Notes under the pieces: generated by a model | The model's database searches: none | Told to the model about the DNA's origin: nothing | What the model saw: the letters and a program-made list of their open reading frames with translations, nothing else | Assembly (NCBI GenBank): GCA_963723515.1 | Contig: CAVRQT010000002.1 | Coordinates: forward strand, 768,001 to 832,000 | Length of the DNA: 64,000 bases | From: Vulcanimicrobiota bacterium | GTDB lineage: Bacteria; Vulcanimicrobiota; Vulcanimicrobiia; Vulcanimicrobiales; Vulcanimicrobiaceae | Direction: 5' to 3' | Shown: one piece after another, positions 29,613 to 41,977 of the stretch | How positions within the stretch are numbered: position 1 is the stretch's first letter | Layout: each line of letters opens with the position of its first letter | Position numbers and translations under genes: made by a program

Positions 29613-29687
29613 GTGCGCACTTTGCTCATCCTGGCGCTCGCGCTGACCTTGACAACCGCTTGTTCGAACAACGCGGCGCGGCGATGA
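29613..29687 (+). CDS. putative very small lipoprotein
   Basis: SD AAGGAG plus GTG; MRTLLILALALTLTTA-C-SNNAARR*, lipobox-like. Confidence 0.5.
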   Translation: MRTLLILALALTLTTACSNNAARR

Positions 29688-29711
29688 AGTGAAAGCGGGC
29701 GGCGTAACGCG

Positions 29712-32700
29712 CTAGCGCGTGCCGGGAAGCTTCAGCGAAGGCCGCGTCTTGATGTCCGGCTTGACGATGTTGTTTTTCTTGGCCAAATCGAGAACGAGTT
29801 CGATCGCGCGCTCCATTTGCGGATCGTTTCCGTCGCGATAATCGTGCGGCGCGATATCAACGTCGTGGTCCGGATCGGTGCCGTAATTCTCGATCCCCCA
29901 ACCGACATCGTTGAACCAGAATGACGCCTCCGGTTGCGTCGTAATCGTTCCGTCGACGAGGCGATGGTAAGGATTGATACCGATGACGCCGCCCCACGTC
30001 CGTTTTCCGATTAACGGACCGATGCCGTAGAGTTTGAAGCAATGGCTGAAGATGTCGCCGTCCGATCCGGCAAACTGGTTCGTTAAGGCGACGATGGGCC
30101 CGGCGATCGATTCGGGCGGATAGGGTTGCGTCGGCGCATAGCGCAGGACGTCATAGCCCACCCGCTTGCGCAGAAGCTTGCCTAGCAGCAACGGTGAAAC
30201 ATGGCCGCCGCGATTGTAACGCACATCGACGATCAAGCCTTCGCGATTGAACTCCGATAAGAAGCCGCGATGAAATTCCGAGAATCCCCACGGCCCCATG
30301 TCGGGGATGTGAATGTAGCCGATGCGATCGCGCGTGCGCCGGTGAACGTTGCGCCGGTTTGTTTCGACCCACGAACGGTAGCGTAAGCGCTTTTCGTCGC
30401 CGAGCGTCTTTACGGCAAAACGCCGCTCGGAAGTCTTGCCGTCCTTTAGCATGACGACGACTTCCCGTTCGGCGAGATTGACGAGCGCTTGATCCGGACC
30501 GAACTCGCGCGTCAGCCGTCTGCCGTTGATGGCAATCAAGACGTCACCTTCGGCGACGTCGGCGCCCGGTTCGGCGAGTGGAGAATCGATCTGGCGATTC
30601 CAGGAATCACCGCGCAAGATGCGCTCGATCCGATAGCCCTGCGCGCGTTCATCCCAAACAAAGTCTGCGCCGAGAAAGCCTTGCGCGTAGTGGGGCGGCT
30701 CGCCGCCAGTCGCCCCCGAATTCGTACGCGTGCGAGGTGCCGAGCTCGCCTTGCATCTCCCAAATCAGATCCGATAATTCCGCGCGCGTTCGAATGTACG
30801 GCAAGACGCGCTCGTAGCGCTCCAGGACGCGATTCCAATCGACCTCCGACATATCTTCGACCCAGAACTGTTCGCGTTGCAGTCGCCACGCCTCGCGATA
30901 CATCTGCGACCACTCTTTGGCCGGCTCGACTTCAACGCCGACGCGCTCGAGATCGATCCAGCCGCTCTTGCGCCCGGGATCAGGCGGCGGCTTCGGCTGT
31001 TCGTCGCCTTCTTCAGGCAGATCCGCGAGCGCATCGATTGCGCGCAGCCGGTCTTGCGAGCGATACAGCAGCGTCCGATCGTCTCGCGCGAGCCGAATGT
31101 CACTGACGTCGCGAGCGATCGGCGCACATCGCATCTGATCGAAGTCATAGGCGAGAAGCGTGCCGGCCTCAGGCTCCTCTTCCCAGCTTAATCCAACCGG
31201 CTCGATGCCTTTGACTTCGAATCTTGTAAAGAGCACGCGTTTGCGAGCCGCAGCAATTTCGCCGTACTGCCCTTCATCGACCGGGAAGCCGATCACGCGC
31301 CCCGTGATGCCGTCAAAGTCGATGTCAACGTGCGCCGGCTTCTTTGCTTTCTTGTCGTTGCCGGCGGCGTCGGCATGTCCGTCGTGATCGCGATGGATCG
31401 GGCGCGGCTTCGGAACGAACGGTGAGGGCACGTCTTTGCGCAGCGTCACGACGTAGGGCCGCGCAGCTTGCGGAAAGCTCAGATCGAACTGCAATGCATC
31501 GTACACCGGATTAAAGTCGCGCGTGGAGATGAAGAACAGATAATTGCCTTCCGGATCCCACGCCGGCGAGTAGTCGGTTCGCATGGGCGGCGTCACATCG
31601 TGCACGCGACCCGATTTCACTTTCGCAACGCGAATGATCGACGTGTCGACAGCTGGCCAAGAGCAGTACGCGAGATAGCGGCCGTCCGGTGAGAAAGAGA
31701 TGTCGGTGACGCGATTTGCCGGGCTCTTGTCAACGACGCGCGCATCGCCGCCCTTTGCGTCGATGAACAGCAGTTCGTGGCGGTGGTTGGCAACTGCTAT
31801 CATGTCGTCAACGGGCGAACAAGCAAGGTCCGTAATCGCGCCCGATATCGCCCTTGGTCAGCAACGCCGGCTTATCGCTTCCGTCTGCCGCATGCAGCTC
31901 GAGTTGTTCGAAGCCGTTGCGATCCGTGACGCAGATGACGTGTTTGCCGTCCGAAGTCCACTCCGTCAATCGATAGCGAGCTTTGCTTCCGGTACCGTGA
32001 TGCAAGACGGCGTCTTCCCAGTACGGTAGCGTAAAGGGTTGGCCGCGTGAAACGAGCGCGAGACCGGTGCCGTCGGGCTGCGGCGCAAAATGTTCGAATT
32101 CTTCCGATGCGTGGACGAAACGCCGTACGGCTTCTCGTGCCGGAGATGGCGTCGCCACCTCGAGCGTCGTAACGGAATCTGCGGCGACGTCGAGCACTTT
32201 TATATCGCCGCCGGCGGAGTAAACGATCCGTTTGCCGTCCGTGGACGGAAAACGCGCGTAGTAGTCGCGCTCGTGCGTGTGGCAGCGAATGTCGGCGCCG
32301 TTCAGGTCGCATGAGTAAATGTTTCCGATGCCCTCGCGATCATCGAGGAAGTAGATGCGCTGCCCGATCCACATCGGCCAGACGGGATTGCTGCCGGCCG
32401 CAATGAGTCGCGAAAACGTTCCTTTGCCGTTGCGATCGATCCAAAGCTCGCCCGCCGTTCCACCGCGATACCGTTTCCAGCGAGCACAATCATCGGCGTT
32501 GCGACCGACGACGAGTGCGCCTTTGGGTCCAAGAGACATCGATTTCATGTGGCCGAGGCGCAGCGGGGTTAGCGGCTCGTCGCGTCCGATCGCGTAGCCG
32601 GCGGTTTCCCGTTCGTACCACGCTCTGACATTGCTAACGAAGTAGACTCGCGTACTGTCGGCGCTCCACGTGCTGACGGCGGCGAGCGAACCGCCCAGGA

Positions 32701-32947
32701 ACGTTAGCCGCTGGGCTGGACCGCCTTCGGCAGGCATGACATAGAGTTCCGGATTGCCCTCGTCATTGGCGATATAGGCGATCCATCGGCCGTCGGGCGA
32801 GAGCCGCGGTGTGCTGCATTGCCCTGAACTGACGGAAAGGCGAACCGCCGTGCCGCCGGTTGCCGGGGCGGCCCAGAGATCGTCCTCGCAGACGAAGACG
32901 ATGCGCTCGCCGCTGATCGTCGGGTACCGATAATAACCATGGTTCAT
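29712..32947 (-). CDS. tricorn protease homolog (S41); frameshifts near 31820 and 30690
   Basis: GYYRYPTI..DDLW, WKRYRGGTAG, GELGTSHAY, GYIHIPDM, DVRYNRGG, AGSDGDIF, GKRTWGG. Confidence 0.93.
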
Positions 32948-33029
32948 GAGGGCCGTAGGGTTGGCGCGTCAGCGCTGAGCGTCCCGCCGAGCTTGCGAGC
33001 GCCGTAACTTTGTGATACAAAGTTAGTCA

Positions 33030-33746
33030 ATGGCCGCACGCGTGCTCCCCCTGATTGCCGCTCCGCAACACGTCGCCATCATTATGGACGGCAACCGTAG
33101 ATGGGCGCACCTGCATGGCGTCGATTTGCCGGGCGGCTATCGGCGCGGCGTCGATGCGTTGCGCAATGCCGTTGCGGCAGCGCTCGGTCACGGTGTTGAG
33201 GTCTTAACCGTCTACGGTTTCTCGACCGAAAATTGGCGTCGCGAGAAATCCGAAGTGTCGTTACTGATGAACGTCTGTGGCGCCGCCGCGCAAAGCGAAC
33301 TCTTCGGGCTGGTTCGAGAATCGGTTCGCGTTCGGATCGTCGGCGACATCACGCCGTTTCCGGCGTCGACTCGCGTAGCGTTGATGCAACTCGTCGCAGC
33401 AACGGCGCGCAATTCACGCTTGACGTTGCAAATTGCCTTGAACTACAGCGGGCGCGCGGAAATTTTGCGTGCGGTGCGCTCGATCGTGGCTGACGCTGCG
33501 ACCGGCCAGCTTTCAAGCGACGACATCGATGAGGCGTTTTTGCGCGGTCGTATGTATGCGCCGGATTGTCCGGATCCGGATCTGTTGATTCGCACGGGCG
33601 GCGACTTGCGCGTTTCAAATTTCTTGCTCTACCAGCTCGCGTACACTGAGATCGTCGCCACGCCTGTGCTCTGGCCCGACTTCAACGAAAGTCATTTTGC
33701 GGCGGCAATTTCCGACTTCGAACAGCGTCGTCGCTTCGGCGCCTGA
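33030..33746 (+). CDS. uppS: undecaprenyl diphosphate synthase
   Basis: HVAIIMDGNRRWA, FSTENWRR, LNYSGR, DPDLLIRTGG..RVSNFLLYQ. Confidence 0.96.
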   Translation: MAARVLPLIAAPQHVAIIMDGNRRWAHLHGVDLPGGYRRGVDALRNAVAAALGHGVEVLTVYGFSTENWRREKSEVSLLMNVCGAAAQSELFGLVRESVRVRIVGDITPFPASTRVALMQLVAATARNSRLTLQIALNYSGRAEILRAVRSIVADAATGQLSSDDIDEAFLRGRMYAPDCPDPDLLIRTGGDLRVSNFLLYQLAYTEIVATPVLWPDFNESHFAAAISDFEQRRRFGA

Positions 33747-33791
33747 AAGAACGGAGCACGGTTCCGTCGGGACGCTCCCTTTCGTGCGCGT

Positions 33792-33883
33792 TGTCACGCT
33801 GAGGCTCTCGAAGCGCCACGGTGATGGAGAGACAGAACGCAAATGCGCGATTATGGTTGCCCTTCGACAAGCTCAGGGTGACA
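33792..33883. repeat. palindromic REP/MITE-like element
   Basis: TGTCACGCTGAGGCTCTCGAAG...CTTCGACAAGCTCAGGGTGACA; right arm identical to the 22001 copy. Confidence 0.88.
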
Positions 33884-35305
33884 CAGTGCGCGCGCTCGGG
33901 CCAGCGTTGGTGTAAGAGCGCTCCCAGCGCGCGACGCATCTTCGAGTTGCACTTCAGGCGTCGTCAAACGCGGGGTTATCGAGCGCGGTTCGAGACCGAA
34001 GATCCGGTGCGGCGTCGTGAAATTGGTGTCCGAAAAACCGGCAACACTGCGAAAGATCAATTCAGCGTACAGCGCGTTTGCCCACCCGAATTCCTCGCGC
34101 GTGTAGCGCCAATACCCGTCGGGATAGAAACTTTCGTGAATCAGACCGGTTTCGCTGTCGGTTTCAGCGAGGTCGGTCACGCTTTCGAGCGTCTCCTGGC
34201 GCGCCTGCGCCGTTAACGCGCGCGTGATAATACCGAGCGGCCAAATCCAACCGGGCGGCGTGTGCGCACTACCGAGCCCGCTCGCGTAACGGCCGCGGTG
34301 GTAATACGGGTCGGCCGCGGACAAGACAAAGGCGCGAGTCGATGCATAGAGCGGATCGGCGTTGTTGCGATAACCAAAATACGGAATCGACAGCAAGTTG
34401 GGCAGATTCGCATCATCGATCAAGAGGACGCGGCCTTCGGCGTTCGTTTCGTACACGTACATCCAGCCGTGTCGAAAATCGTAGAATCGTCCGTATCGCT
34501 CAACACCGCTTTCAATCTGATCGCTGATTGTCTGCGCCCTGCTTGCGAGCGGGTAATCACCGTAGCCTTCGCGGGCGAGCACCACGAGCTCGCGAAGGGC
34601 AATCACCGCTACGATCTGTTGCGGGATATTGAAGCGGTATGCCACCGCATCGTCAGACGGTCGAAAGGCGCACCAGATCATGCCGGTACCGGCCGCGTAG
34701 TCGTATTCCGTCCGAGCGCGGCCCGGATACGAATAACGCGAGCACCGTTCGTGCTCTTGCTCGCAGCCATAGGTAGTAACGATGCTGCGTAAAGCGTCGT
34801 GCACCGAGCGGCTGAAGATCGTATGGTCTTGCGTCTGCGACCAATAGACCCACGTAAGCAGAACGAAGAACGCAAGCGAGTCAACTTCCCACTTGCGCTC
34901 CCAAACCTGGTAATTGGGAAGAAACGCATTTGCATACGGGTCAACGTGGATGTTGCGCGCATCGCGTTCGATCACGCCGCCGATGCGCGCGCGAAGCTTC
35001 GGGTAGAACACCTGAAAGCGAACGTACGGTAGACTCTGTGCGGAGGAATCGCGCAGCCACATCGCCGGGATGTCGCCGGTCTGCACGTACGTCGTTCCGT
35101 CCGGCTCTGCTCGGAAATCATTGAACAGCGTGTGAAAGAGCGATGAGGTCGTGATCGCGCGTACGCGCTGGCCGGTCAGCGGCACGCGCAGGAAACGCGG
35201 CGCTTCAAAGCGCGTTGAAAGCGAGATGGCATGGGTCGCATTCGCCGGCAGAGTCGTAGCGCAGATGATGATGATGAGCGCGACGGCGACTCTTCGATGC
35301 CACAT
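33851..35305 (-). CDS. glycoside hydrolase family 125 (exo-alpha-1,6-mannosidase-like), secreted
   Basis: TGDIPAMWLRDS, DPYANAF, WERKWEVDS, FRPSDD, DDANLPNLL, GSAHT, HESF, FGWAN. Confidence 0.92.
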   Translation of the reverse strand: MWHRRVAVALIIIICATTLPANATHAISLSTRFEAPRFLRVPLTGQRVRAITTSSLFHTLFNDFRAEPDGTTYVQTGDIPAMWLRDSSAQSLPYVRFQVFYPKLRARIGGVIERDARNIHVDPYANAFLPNYQVWERKWEVDSLAFFVLLTWVYWSQTQDHTIFSRSVHDALRSIVTTYGCEQEHERCSRYSYPGRARTEYDYAAGTGMIWCAFRPSDDAVAYRFNIPQQIVAVIALRELVVLAREGYGDYPLASRAQTISDQIESGVERYGRFYDFRHGWMYVYETNAEGRVLLIDDANLPNLLSIPYFGYRNNADPLYASTRAFVLSAADPYYHRGRYASGLGSAHTPPGWIWPLGIITRALTAQARQETLESVTDLAETDSETGLIHESFYPDGYWRYTREEFGWANALYAELIFRSVAGFSDTNFTTPHRIFGLEPRSITPRLTTPEVQLEDASRAGSALTPTLARARALCHPELVEGQP

Positions 35306-35351
35306 GCGCAGGGGAGGTGCGCCGCCGCGGCGGCCGCAATCCTTGTACGCC

Positions 35352-36340
<989 letters not shown>

Positions 36341-36344
<4 letters not shown>

Positions 36345-38302
36345 GGAGAACGAGAATGACTCGCACCCCGAAGCAAGCTGTAATCGCGAGTGCGCTGACC
36401 TGCGCAATGCTCTTCGCGCTGCCGGCGGCTCCGGCGCGCGCCGATCTGCCGCCGCTGATTCCACGGGCTATTCTTTTTGGGAATCCCGTCAAGGCGTCGC
36501 CGGAGATTTCACCGGACGGCCGTCTGCTCACATACCTGGCGCCGGACCGCAACAACGTCCTCGGCATTTGGGTGCGCACGATCGGCAAATCGGACGACCA
36601 TCTCGTCGCGACGGATCCGAAACGTCCGATTCGCAACATCACGTGGCAACCCGACAGCAAGCACATTCTGTACCTGCAAGACAAAGCCGGCGATGAGAAC
36701 TTTCAATTGTTCCAAACCAACGTTGCGACGTTACAGAAGCGTGATCTGACGCCGTTCCCGGGCGTGCGGGCGATCATTGACGACGTCGATCCGGCGTTTC
36801 CAAATGTCGCGCTCGTCGATCTGAACCAGCGTGACAAACGCGTATTTGACGTCTACCGTTTGGATTTGCGCAGCGGCAAGCTCACGATGGATACGCAGAA
36901 TCCCGGCAATATCGCGGGTTGGGTCGCTGACAATGCGATGCACATTCGCGCGGCCATTCAGAGCAACGATGATGGTTCCACGGAGCTCCTGGTGCGTGAC
37001 ACGGTTTCATCGCCATGGCGAACGCTGGTGAAGGCATCGGCGGATGATACGATCGCGCCGCAAGCCTTCTCGCCGGATAATTCCGCGCTCTACGTTTCAA
37101 GCACGCTCGGCGCCAATGCTGCGCAGTTGGTTCGCTATGATTTGCGAACCGGAAATTCGAGCGTCGTTTACAGCGATCCAACGTACGACGTCGGCACCGT
37201 GGCAACTGACCCGCGCACCCGTCAAGTGGTCGCCGTCAGTATTGAACGGGATCGGACGCAATGGCAGGTCCTCGATTCATCGTACGCGGCAGATTTTGCG
37301 GCAATCGGCCGCATGCACGCCGGCGATTACGATTTCACGAGTGCGACGACCAATGGGCGGCGATGGATCGTCAGTTATCTCGTCGACAACGGTCCGGTCA
37401 GCTGGTACATGTACGATCGCACCACCAAGCGCGGCAAGTTCCTTTTCGTTTCGCGCCCGGCGTTGCTCAAGTACACGCTCGCTCATATGCAGCCGATCAC
37501 CTACGCCGCGAATGACGGCCTAACGGTTCACGGGTATTTGACGCTTCCTGTCGGCGTGGCGCCGACGAATTTGCCGATGGTGCTCTTCGTGCATGGCGGT
37601 CCGTGGGCGCGCGATACCTGGGGATACAATTCGTACGCGCAGTGGCTTGCAAATCGGGGCTACGCGGTACTGCAAGTGAACTATCGCGGATCAACGGGCT
37701 ACGGCAAGCAATTCTTGAATGCGGGCGATCGTCAATGGGCCGGCGCGATGCATCAAGATCTCCTCGACGCGAAAGAGTGGGCGGTCAAGCAAGGATACGC
37801 AGATCCAAAACGTGTTGCGATCATGGGCGGCAGTTACGGCGGCTATGCAACGCTTGCGGGCGTCGCATTTTCGCCGAATGCATTTGCTGTCGGAGTCGAT
37901 ATCGTCGGCCCCTCAAATCTAAATACGTTGCTCGCGTCGATTCCGCCGTATTGGTTTACCGGGTTAGCGCAATTTCACAAGCGCATGGGGCAAGATCCGG
38001 CATTTCTTAATTCGCAGTCACCGCTCTTCAAAGCCGATCAAATCAAAGTCCCGCTTCTCATTGGCCAAGGCGCGAACGATCCGCGCGTCAACAAACGCGA
38101 GAGCGATCAAATCGTGGCCGCGATGCGGATCAATCATCAGCCGGTCGAGTATGTCGTCTTCCCCGACGAAGGACACGGATTTGCGCGACCGGAGAACAAT
38201 CGCCGTTTCAACGCCGCGACGGAAGCCTTCTTGGGGAAATATCTTGGAGGACGCGTCGAGCCGGCTTCCGCCGGCGAGAGCATCCAAGCGTTCCTCCACT
38301 GA
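36341..38302 (+). CDS. secreted S9 family peptidase
   Basis: signal peptide (ARA), VHGGPW, NYRGSTG, GGSYGG, DPRV, DEGHG. Confidence 0.93.
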
Positions 38303-38320
38303 TCGTCGAAATCACATTAC

Positions 38321-40051
38321 ATGGCTAAACTGATCGAGCGGCCCTCGAGCGGCGCCCGTCGACAAACTCAGGACGGCGCACCGGCGCAAGATTTCTCGGC
38401 GGAACGGCAAGGCTGGGAGAGTGCCTCGGCACGCGGCCGGCGCCGCAAGGGCGCCGGTTCCGGCGCAGTCGATCGCACGATCTCCGACATCCCGCTCAAG
38501 ACGCTCTACGCTCCGCAAGATCTTGCAGAGCTTGATCTCGCGCGCGATCTTTCGTATCCGGGACAATATCCGTTCACGCGCGGGATCCATCCGAACATGT
38601 ATCGCGACCGGCTTTGGACGATGCGCCAATTCGCCGGCTTCGGCAACGCGAAACAAACGAACGAGCGTTACCATTTCCTGCTTTCGCAAGGTCAACACGG
38701 ACTTTCCGTCGCGTTCGATATGCCGACGCTCATGGGTTACGATTCCGATGCGCCGCAGGCACGTGGTGAAGTCGGCAAATGCGGCGTCGCGATCGACTCG
38801 CTCGCCGACATGGAACAGCTTTTCGACGGCATCGACATGGGCGACATCACGACGTCGATGACGATCAACGGACCGTCCTGCATCGCGCTCGCGCAATATA
38901 TCGCCGCGGCAGAGAAGAAGGGGATTCCACGCAAGGCGCTCGGCGGCACGATCCAAGCCGACATCCTCAAAGAATACATCGCGCAAAAAGAGTGGATCTT
39001 TCCGCCGCGTCCGCACATGCGCATCATCGTCGATATGATGAAATTCTGCCGTGACGAGATGCCGAAATGGAACACGATCTCGATTTCGGGTTACCACATT
39101 CGCGAAGCAGGCTCGACGGCAGTTCAGGAGCTCGCGTTCACCTTGGCCGACGGTTTCGCATACGTCGAGGCCGGTATCAAAGCCGGTATGGACGTGGACT
39201 CTTTTGCGCCCCGGCTCTCGTATTTTTTCAACTCGCACATCGACTTCTTTGAAGAGATCTGCAAGTTTCGCGCGGCGCGGCGCATCTATGCGCGCCGCAT
39301 GCGAGAGAAATACGGCGCGAAAGATCCACGCTCATGGCAGCTGCGTTTCCACACACAGACGGCCGGTTGCAGCGCGACGGCACAGCAGCCCGAGAACAAC
39401 ATCGTGCGAGTCGCTTATGAAGCGATGGCAGCCGTCTTAGGCGGCACGCAATCGCTGCACACGAACTCGATGGACGAAGTGCTTGCTCTTCCGAGCGAAA
39501 AATCGGTCGAAATCGCGCTTCGAACGCAGCAGGTCCTCGCGTACGAGACGAACGTGACGAACGTCGTCGATCCACTCGGCGGCGCCTACTTCATCGAAGC
39601 GCTGACCGATGAGATGGAAAAAGAAGCCGAGCACTACTTTAGACAGATTGAAGAGTACGGCGGCGTGATTGAAGCGATCGAAGCCGGTTTCTTTCAGCGC
39701 GAAATCGCGGATGCTTCCTATCGGTATCAGCGTTCGCTTGAAACCAAAGAGCGTGTCATCGTCGGCGTGAACCACTTCCAAAAAGATGAATCCGACGCTG
39801 AGATCGAGCTGCTCCAGATCGGTCAGGAAATCGAGCGCGGTCAGGCGCAAGCGGTCCAGTCGGTTCGTGCGGACCGCAATCAGCAGCAAGTCAGTGCGAT
39901 GTTGGCGCGGTTGAAGGCAGCGTGCGCGGATGAGAGCGACAACTTAATGCCGCATCTGATCGATTGCACCAACGCGTATGCGACCGAAGGCGAAATTGTC
40001 GAAGCGATGGTCGAGGTCTACGGCCGCTACACGGAACGCGCCGTTTTCTAA
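38321..40051 (+). CDS. methylmalonyl/acyl-CoA mutase large (substrate-binding) subunit
   Basis: YPFTRG, WTMRQFAG, AFDMPT, SISGYHIREAG, GGTQSLHTN. Confidence 0.95.
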   Translation: MAKLIERPSSGARRQTQDGAPAQDFSAERQGWESASARGRRRKGAGSGAVDRTISDIPLKTLYAPQDLAELDLARDLSYPGQYPFTRGIHPNMYRDRLWTMRQFAGFGNAKQTNERYHFLLSQGQHGLSVAFDMPTLMGYDSDAPQARGEVGKCGVAIDSLADMEQLFDGIDMGDITTSMTINGPSCIALAQYIAAAEKKGIPRKALGGTIQADILKEYIAQKEWIFPPRPHMRIIVDMMKFCRDEMPKWNTISISGYHIREAGSTAVQELAFTLADGFAYVEAGIKAGMDVDSFAPRLSYFFNSHIDFFEEICKFRAARRIYARRMREKYGAKDPRSWQLRFHTQTAGCSATAQQPENNIVRVAYEAMAAVLGGTQSLHTNSMDEVLALPSEKSVEIALRTQQVLAYETNVTNVVDPLGGAYFIEALTDEMEKEAEHYFRQIEEYGGVIEAIEAGFFQREIADASYRYQRSLETKERVIVGVNHFQKDESDAEIELLQIGQEIERGQAQAVQSVRADRNQQQVSAMLARLKAACADESDNLMPHLIDCTNAYATEGEIVEAMVEVYGRYTERAVF

Positions 40052-40067
40052 TTTGGCGAAGGAATAA

Positions 40068-40472
40068 ATGGCGCGACCGCTGCGGATCATCGTCGCGAAG
40101 GCCGGTTTGGACGGCCACGATCGCGGCGCCAAGGTGATCGCGCGCGCGCTCCGCGATGCGGGAATGGAAGTGATCTACACCGGCCTTTTTCAGACGCCGG
40201 AGCAAATCGTCCAAACCGCGATTCAGGAAGACGCCGATGGGATCGGCTTGTCGATTCTCTCAGGCGCCCACATGACGCTGTTTCCAATGGTCGTCCAGCA
40301 GCTCAAAGCGCAAGGCGCCGACGACATCGTCTTCTTCGGCGGCGGAACGATCCCACCGGATGACGCCGAAGAACTAAAGCGCTTGGGCGTTCGCCAGATC
40401 TTCACGCCCGGCGCGCCGCTTTCCGAGATCATCGAGTTCGTCAAACGCGAGTGCGGCGCGCGCGCCGCGTAG
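40068..40472 (+). CDS. cobalamin-binding small subunit of the mutase
   Basis: [28 protein letters not shown]. Confidence 0.95.
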   Translation: MARPLRIIVAKAGLDGHDRGAKVIARALRDAGMEVIYTGLFQTPEQIVQTAIQEDADGIGLSILSGAHMTLFPMVVQQLKAQGADDIVFFGGGTIPPDDAEELKRLGVRQIFTPGAPLSEIIEFVKRECGARAA

Positions 40473-40476
40473 CGGC

Positions 40477-41973
40477 GTGACCATTCGTACCCGCATCGCG
40501 CCTTCCCCGACCGGCGATCCGCACGTTGGCCTCGCGTATGTTGCGCTGATCAACTACTGCTTCGCGCGAAAAGCGAACGGCGCATTCATCCTTCGCATTG
40601 AGGACACCGATCAGGCGCGCAGCACGCGTGCTTCGGAAGCAGCAATCCTTGATGCCTTGCATTGGCTCGGTTTGCAGTGGGACGAAGGTCCGGACGTCGG
40701 TGGCGCGCATGCGCCGTATCGCCAGACAGAACGCTCCGCCATCTACCAGAAATACGCGCAGCAGCTGCTCGCGCGGGGCGACGCTTTTAAGTGTTTTTGC
40801 TCGCCGCAGCGACTGGAAGCGGTGCGCGAAGCGCAGCGAGCCGCCAAGCAGCCTTCACGCTACGATGGACACTGCTTGCGTCTTTCAGCGCAAGAAATCG
40901 CTGAAAAAGAATCGAGCGGAACGCCGTATGTGATTCGCATGAAGGTGCCGGCGGACGGCGTCTGCATCGTCAACGATCTGCGGCGCGATCCGATCGAAAT
41001 CGAATGGTCAGCTGTCGACATGCAGGTCTTGCTCAAGTCGGATGGCATGCCGACGTACCACCTCGCGAACGTCGTCGACGATCACTTGATGGAAATCACG
41101 CATGTAATTCGCGGCGAAGAGTGGCTGAGTTCGGTTCCAAAGCATCTCCTGCTCTACCAATATTTCGGCTGGACACCACCGGCGTTTCTGCATCTTCCGC
41201 TTCTGCGCAATCCCGATCATAGTAAACTCTCGAAGCGGAAAAATCCGACCGGCATTCTCTTCTACGCTGCGATGGGGTATTTGCCTGAAGCGCTGCTGAA
41301 TTTTTTGGGATTGCTCGCCGTTCCGACGCCTGAAGGCGAAGAGATGATGGATCTGGCGACGATGGTCGAGCGTTTCGACGTTGGACACATCTCGCTTGGC
41401 GGTCCCGTCTTCGATACGGCCAAACTCGATTGGTTGAACGGACGGTATTTGCGCGAACGCCTCGACATCAGCGCGTTCGAGCAACGCGTTCAGCGCTGGG
41501 GCTTCGGTACGGAACGGTTGCTGCGGATTGCCGCATTGGCGCAGCCGCGCATCGAACGACTGAGCGATTTGGGGCCCTTGCTGATGTTTTTCTTTGCCGG
41601 ACGGCTGCCGCTCTCGCCGGAGCAGTTGCGTGACGGTAAGCTCGACGATGAGGCAGTGCGCAAAGTACTTGCCCTGGCACGTTGGAATCTCGACGACGTC
41701 CCGGAATGGAACGTTGCTAACATCGAAGCTGCGCTGCGCAATGTCGCGACGGCACTCGGTCGAAAATTCCGCGAGGTCGTTCGGCCGTTGTACGTGGCGA
41801 TTACGGGCAGCCCGGCATCGGTTCCGCTGTACGATTCGATCGAGTTGCTAGGTCGAGACTTAGCGCGCGAGCGCTTGCGTCAAGCGCTCCAATTGATGGG
41901 CACGCCGACGGCAGCGGAAGAGAAGGCATGGCGCGCACTGGGTGCATCGCAACCCGCACCGGAAGGCGTTTAG
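40477..41973 (+). CDS. gltX: glutamate--tRNA ligase
   Basis: RIAPSPTGDPHVG, RIEDTD, HVIRGEEW, KLSKR. Confidence 0.97.
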   Translation: MTIRTRIAPSPTGDPHVGLAYVALINYCFARKANGAFILRIEDTDQARSTRASEAAILDALHWLGLQWDEGPDVGGAHAPYRQTERSAIYQKYAQQLLARGDAFKCFCSPQRLEAVREAQRAAKQPSRYDGHCLRLSAQEIAEKESSGTPYVIRMKVPADGVCIVNDLRRDPIEIEWSAVDMQVLLKSDGMPTYHLANVVDDHLMEITHVIRGEEWLSSVPKHLLLYQYFGWTPPAFLHLPLLRNPDHSKLSKRKNPTGILFYAAMGYLPEALLNFLGLLAVPTPEGEEMMDLATMVERFDVGHISLGGPVFDTAKLDWLNGRYLRERLDISAFEQRVQRWGFGTERLLRIAALAQPRIERLSDLGPLLMFFFAGRLPLSPEQLRDGKLDDEAVRKVLALARWNLDDVPEWNVANIEAALRNVATALGRKFREVVRPLYVAITGSPASVPLYDSIELLGRDLARERLRQALQLMGTPTAAEEKAWRALGASQPAPEGV

Positions 41974-41977
41974 AGCA

